Shown: piece after piece, positions 60,172-64,000 of the stretch | How the letters are laid out: every line of letters starts with the position of its first letter | Numbering within the stretch: the first letter of the stretch is position 1 | Virus record (IMG/VR): IMGVR_UViG_3300042519_001698 | DNA length: 64,000 bases | DNA from: a virus | Reading direction: 5' to 3' (one strand) | Position numbers and translations under genes: made by a program | The notes under the pieces: model-generated | The model's input: only the letters and a program-made list of their open reading frames with translations | What the model was told of the DNA's origin: nothing | The model's database searches: none

Positions 60172-62028
60172 TTATATCGCTTCACCATATATTACAGGTA
60201 ATCCACTTCCACTATCAACTTTACCTGTTGTTGTGAATATCTCACCTGAATTTATAAATCTTGTTATTTCATTTCCATTACAATCTAACCAATTTGCTGT
60301 TGCACTAAATCCATAATTTGCAGAGAATGTAATATCCACACAATCACCTATCACAGCAACCGTTGAATTACATAATGTACCTTCATTTGTTATTGTGAAT
60401 GAAGCAGGATTAAGTAGAACTAATGGAGATTTTATTGTTTCAATAATAACACAATCATAAATTGTTTGTGTTCCAACTGTAGCATATATTGTTTGTTGTC
60501 CCGATACGTTATTGTAAATAATATAACCCGCGTCTGTAACGTTTAATACAACATTTTGTTTATACGTTTCGGTTGTTTCAGATACCGAATCACAAGATAC
60601 TGTTGTTTGACAAGAACTTGTTACAGATAAATCAAATGGTTGGAATAATCCTGTATTTGTTGAGAGTACATATATATCCAACACTTTATTTTCTTTTGAA
60701 CTATAATAACCAACTGTTTTGGTGAATTCATTTAATCCTCCAGTTAATATAAATAATTCACCAACTTTTTCCTCATAATTACCTATAAAAATCTCAGTAG
60801 TATTATTATTAGTTGTTGCACTTACTGTCATTTCGTAGTTACCATATGGTTGATCTAATTCAAATGTGTTTAACATTCTACTTAATCCAGCAGAATTAAT
60901 TGTGTTTACAACCGTACCGGTTCCACAATTAGATCTTCTTGATATACTTAGACTACAATCACCACTTCTTTCAATTAAATAAGAATTTTCAGGATTTGTA
61001 CCTCCATCAAAACTTGAATAGAGTGATGGTTCCTCATTTGAACAGTTGTCTGAACATATTTCATTTTCATAAGTTCCAGCCGATGAATATGTCACGAACT
61101 CTTGTGTTCCCGTTTCACATGGATAATAATATAAATAGATTTTATTATCGGTATTACCACTTATTACATCCAAATCCGCTTGTGATATTACAACATTATA
61201 TGATGTACAACCATTACAATCTCTTGGTGTACTTGTTGGTGTTGGTGTGTGAGTTGGTGTAACGGTATTTGTTGGTGTAACGGTATTTGTTGGTGTAACA
61301 GTTGGTGTAATAGTATTGGTTGGTGTAACGGTATTTGTTGGGGTGTTGGTTGGTGTAATTGTATTAGTCGGCGTTTGTGTAACCGTTGGTGTATTGGTTG
61401 GTGTAACACTATTTGTAGGTGTGTTAGTCGGTGTAACTGTATTCGTTGGTGTGTTAGTTGGCGTTTCAGTATTTGTCGGTGTAACTGTATTTGTTGGGGT
61501 GTTAGTTGGTGTTTCAGTTTGAGTAGGTGTTTGAGTCGGTGTTTCAGTTTGGGTTGGTGTTTGTGTAACCGTAGGGGTATTGGTCGGCGTTTCGGTATTA
61601 GTTGGGGTTTGAGTTTGTGTAGGTGTTTGAGTCGGCGTTTCAGTTTGTGTTGGTGTAACCGTATTTGTTGGTGTAACTGTATTAGTTGGGGTATTTGTTG
61701 GGGTCTCAGTTTGAGTTGGTGTAACCGTAATAGTAATAGTAGGTGTTATTGTAACTGTTGGTGTAACCGTTGGTGTTTGAGTTGGTAACATACTTACAAA
61801 ATCAAATGAACAATTTTCTTTTGTATTATGTAATGTTATTAACGTTGTCTCTATTGGTACCGAAAGTAAAACTCCTGAATCTGTTGTTAAATCTGAATAT
61901 GAAACATTTATTGCGTCACTTTCAGTATATACCAAGGTGGCGTAATTAGTACTTACACCATCGTAGTGGATGTTGTAAGGACCTTGTGATGTCCCCGTGG
62001 TAATTTTTACATAAAAGTATCTATTCAT
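60172..62028 (-). CDS. Virion surface protein with Pro/Thr stalk and Cys-rich domains
   Basis: 618 aa; about 185-aa TPTNTVTPT tract; TATTTATA at 62037-62044. Confidence 0.7.
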   Translation of the reverse strand: MNRYFYVKITTGTSQGPYNIHYDGVSTNYATLVYTESDAINVSYSDLTTDSGVLLSVPIETTLITLHNTKENCSFDFVSMLPTQTPTVTPTVTITPTITITVTPTQTETPTNTPTNTVTPTNTVTPTQTETPTQTPTQTQTPTNTETPTNTPTVTQTPTQTETPTQTPTQTETPTNTPTNTVTPTNTETPTNTPTNTVTPTNTPTNSVTPTNTPTVTQTPTNTITPTNTPTNTVTPTNTITPTVTPTNTVTPTNTVTPTHTPTPTSTPRDCNGCTSYNVVISQADLDVISGNTDNKIYLYYYPCETGTQEFVTYSSAGTYENEICSDNCSNEEPSLYSSFDGGTNPENSYLIERSGDCSLSISRRSNCGTGTVVNTINSAGLSRMLNTFELDQPYGNYEMTVSATTNNNTTEIFIGNYEEKVGELFILTGGLNEFTKTVGYYSSKENKVLDIYVLSTNTGLFQPFDLSVTSSCQTTVSCDSVSETTETYKQNVVLNVTDAGYIIYNNVSGQQTIYATVGTQTIYDCVIIETIKSPLVLLNPASFTITNEGTLCNSTVAVIGDCVDITFSANYGFSATANWLDCNGNEITRFINSGEIFTTTGKVDSGSGLPVIYGEAI

Positions 62029-62056
62029 TTCTTATTTATAAATATCATTTTTATTT

Positions 62057-64000
62057 TTATGGACAAATTGTTATTGCATTTACACGTCCTTCGTCATATC
62101 CATTTACGGGTTCACTATATTGACCAGTTACATTACATGACATTACCGTAGGTGACCCAAGTGTTGCACTTATATATTGCCAATTTGAAGGGGATGGCCA
62201 AGCAATTTCATAGACACTACCATTAACTAATTTTTTATATGTCAAATCTCCAAGTGCGGGTAATGTTCCATTCCCAACAAAATAAAATTCATAACCACTT
62301 TGTGATGCAATACTAATACCTCCACAATAAGTAGTTCCCGGACTGTAACCATAAGAATTTACATTACTTCCAGGGTACACTCTTTTATAAACTACTCCGG
62401 GTGGTGTAGGTTCACTATATGTCCAATCGGTAATATCAGTAATAATACAATCAACAATGGTTACTATTTTAACGTTAGGGTCATTTGAATTAATAAATGA
62501 TGAATCAAATAACCAATACTTACCATTTGTTGCACATTCACAATTTGTAAAATATGGATCATTAAGATATACCCTATTTCCAATTGCAATTGTGGCGATA
62601 TCAACCGTTTCATATCCTGTTCCTTGAGAGGTATAATATTTATACAAATTGTAAACATTACCCGCATTTGTTGTTGTACCTGTATAGAAAATATATTGTT
62701 CACCTAAAACCTCTACACTCCTTATTAATTGATACGTTGTTAAACCAGATGATGGTTTAACACAAGGTCCTATTGGAGTTGGTGTAACTGTATTTGTTAG
62801 TGTTGGGGTTGGGGTTGGTATTGAATATGTTTCCGTGAAAGTTACATCCACCACACAATCTAATGTTGGTGTTGGGGTTGGTATAGAGAAAACTTCCGTG
62901 AAAGTTACATCCACCACACAATCTAATGTTGGTGTTGGTGTATTGGTTTGTGTTGGTGTATTGGTTGGTGTACCGGTTTGAGTTTGTGTTGGGGTTGGGG
63001 TTGTCGTTTCGGTATTAGTCGGTGATTGAATTGGTGTACCTGTTTGAGTTTGAGTGGGCGTTTGAGTTGGTGTAACCGTATTGGTAGGTGTAACTGTATT
63101 GGTCGGCGTGTTAGTTGGCGTTTCAGTATTGGTAGGTGTTGGTGTATTAGTCGGCGTCTCGGTGTTAGTCGGCGTAACAGTATTAGTCGGAGTTTGAGTC
63201 GGAGTTTCTGTGTTAGTTTGGGTTGGAGTCTGTGTTGGTGTTTCTGTGTTAGTCGGCGTGTTAGTCGGTGTTTCAGTATTTGTCGGTGTTGGCGTCTGAG
63301 TTGGCGTTTCAGTATTAGTAGGTGTATTAGTCGGTGTTTCAGTATTTGTCGGTGTAGGTGTTTGAGTTGAAGTTTCGGTATTGGTCGGCGTGTTAGTCGG
63401 CGTTTCAGTCTGAGTCTGAGTCGGAGTTTGAGTTGGAGTTTCGGTATTAGTAGGTGTCTGAGTTGGCGTCTCAGTTTGAGTTTGAGTAGGTGTTTGAGTT
63501 GGTGTTTCTGTGTTAGTTGGCGTAACTGTATTAGTCGGCGTGTTAGTCGGTGTTTCGGTATTAGTAGGTGTAGGAGTATTGGTTGGCGTTTCAGTTTGTG
63601 TTGGGGTGTTAGTTGGCGTTTCGGTGTTAGTCGGTGTAACCGTATTAGTCGGTGTAACAGTCTGAGTTGGAGTCTGAGTTGGTGTTTCTGTGTTAGTTGG
63701 CGTTGGAGTCTGAGTCGGAGTTTCAGTCTGACTAGGAGTATTGGTTGGTGTTTCGGTATTGGTAGGTGTAGGAGTATTGGTCGGCGTTTCGGTATTAGTA
63801 GGTGTAACTGTGTTAGTAGGTGTTTGTGTAACCGTAGGTGTGTTGGTTGGGGTCTCAGTTTGGGTTGGTGTTGGAGTCTGAGTCGGAGTTTCAGTATTAG
63901 TAGGGGTGTTGGTTGGTGTTTCAGTATTAGTTGGAGTTGGTGTATTGGTTGGTGTCTCTGTGTTAGTTTGAGTTGGCGTAGGTGTTTGTGTTTCAGTCTG
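62057..64000 (-). CDS. 5'-truncated Pro/Thr-stalk virion protein (runs off the window end)
   Basis: The frame of track ORF 62057..62917 continues upstream as TPTQTET repeats (read to about 63060) and is in the same register at the window end. Confidence 0.75.
   Translation of the reverse strand, partial: QTETQTPTPTQTNTETPTNTPTPTNTETPTNTPTNTETPTQTPTPTQTETPTNTPTVTQTPTNTVTPTNTETPTNTPTPTNTETPTNTPSQTETPTQTPTPTNTETPTQTPTQTVTPTNTVTPTNTETPTNTPTQTETPTNTPTPTNTETPTNTPTNTVTPTNTETPTQTPTQTQTETPTQTPTNTETPTQTPTQTQTETPTNTPTNTETSTQTPTPTNTETPTNTPTNTETPTQTPTPTNTETPTNTPTNTETPTQTPTQTNTETPTQTPTNTVTPTNTETPTNTPTPTNTETPTNTPTNTVTPTNTVTPTQTPTQTQTGTPIQSPTNTETTTPTPTQTQTGTPTNTPTQTNTPTPTLDCVVDVTFTEVFSIPTPTPTLDCVVDVTFTETYSIPTPTPTLTNTVTPTPIGPCVKPSSGLTTYQLIRSVEVLGEQYIFYTGTTTNAGNVYNLYKYYTSQGTGYETVDIATIAIGNRVYLNDPYFTNCECATNGKYWLFDSSFINSNDPNVKIVTIVDCIITDITDWTYSEPTPPGVVYKRVYPGSNVNSYGYSPGTTYCGGISIASQSGYEFYFVGNGTLPALGDLTYKKLVNGSVYEIAWPSPSNWQYISATLGSPTVMSCNVTGQYSEPVNGYDEGRVNAITICP
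62831..62938. repeat. Two identical 45-bp copies, 63-bp period
   Basis: ttccgtgaaagttacatccaccacacaatctaatgttggtgttgg at 62831 and 62894, encoding duplicated [15 protein letters not shown]. Confidence 0.85.

Noticed and set aside
47927-63370. Cys/Trp/Leu-rich or Val/Gly-rich + strand ORFs and His/Gln/Leu-rich alternative-frame ORFs
   Set aside because: Shadows of the TPT repeats
4558-64000. Repeats resembling a CRISPR array
   Set aside because: No constant repeat with unique spacers; all repeats are in-frame coding low complexity, and no cas operon is present
1-64000. Stop-codon reassignment as in some large Bacteroidota phages
   Set aside because: Long intact ORFs give dense coverage in the standard code, and TAG and TGA act as true stops (e.g. 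24067, 23117)
55080-64000. Ice-binding TxT arrays
   Set aside because: Frequent prolines are incompatible with the regular beta-solenoid of TxT antifreeze proteins; a mucin-like linker is simpler

Overview
Fragment of an AT-rich, large-genome tailed (jumbo/huge, myovirus-like) bacteriophage. It uses the standard genetic code, and almost all genes are on the minus strand. The likely host is a Bacteroidota: sigma, ClpP, NusG, Hc1, DUF6576-like and SprB-like sequences are of Bacteroidota type, and starts are A-rich with no Shine-Dalgarno. Left to right the window holds: a putative glycosyltransferase; five small lectin-like adhesins; five mosaic fibre proteins with proline-free Ser/Thr Gly-X-Y tracts; a thioredoxin pair, AAA ATPase, NusG and adenine methyltransferase; small genes including an unlisted Hc1 histone-like gene; putative head-internal proteins; a lysis-like membrane cluster with a candidate -1 frameshift; a sigma factor; ClpP; an inverted hldE/hldD ADP-heptose cassette; Rad50/Mre11-like genes, an exonuclease, primase and RuvC; a candidate small RNA or attenuator; and baseplate/tail genes with a Hint domain, SprB-like repeats and long Pro/Thr mucin-like stalks. 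The best 'new system' hypothesis is phage-directed glycosylation of virion proteins: nucleotide-heptose enzymes, a glycosyltransferase-like gene and very large Ser/Thr acceptor tracts all occur here. All family calls come from motifs recognised by eye; no database search was run.
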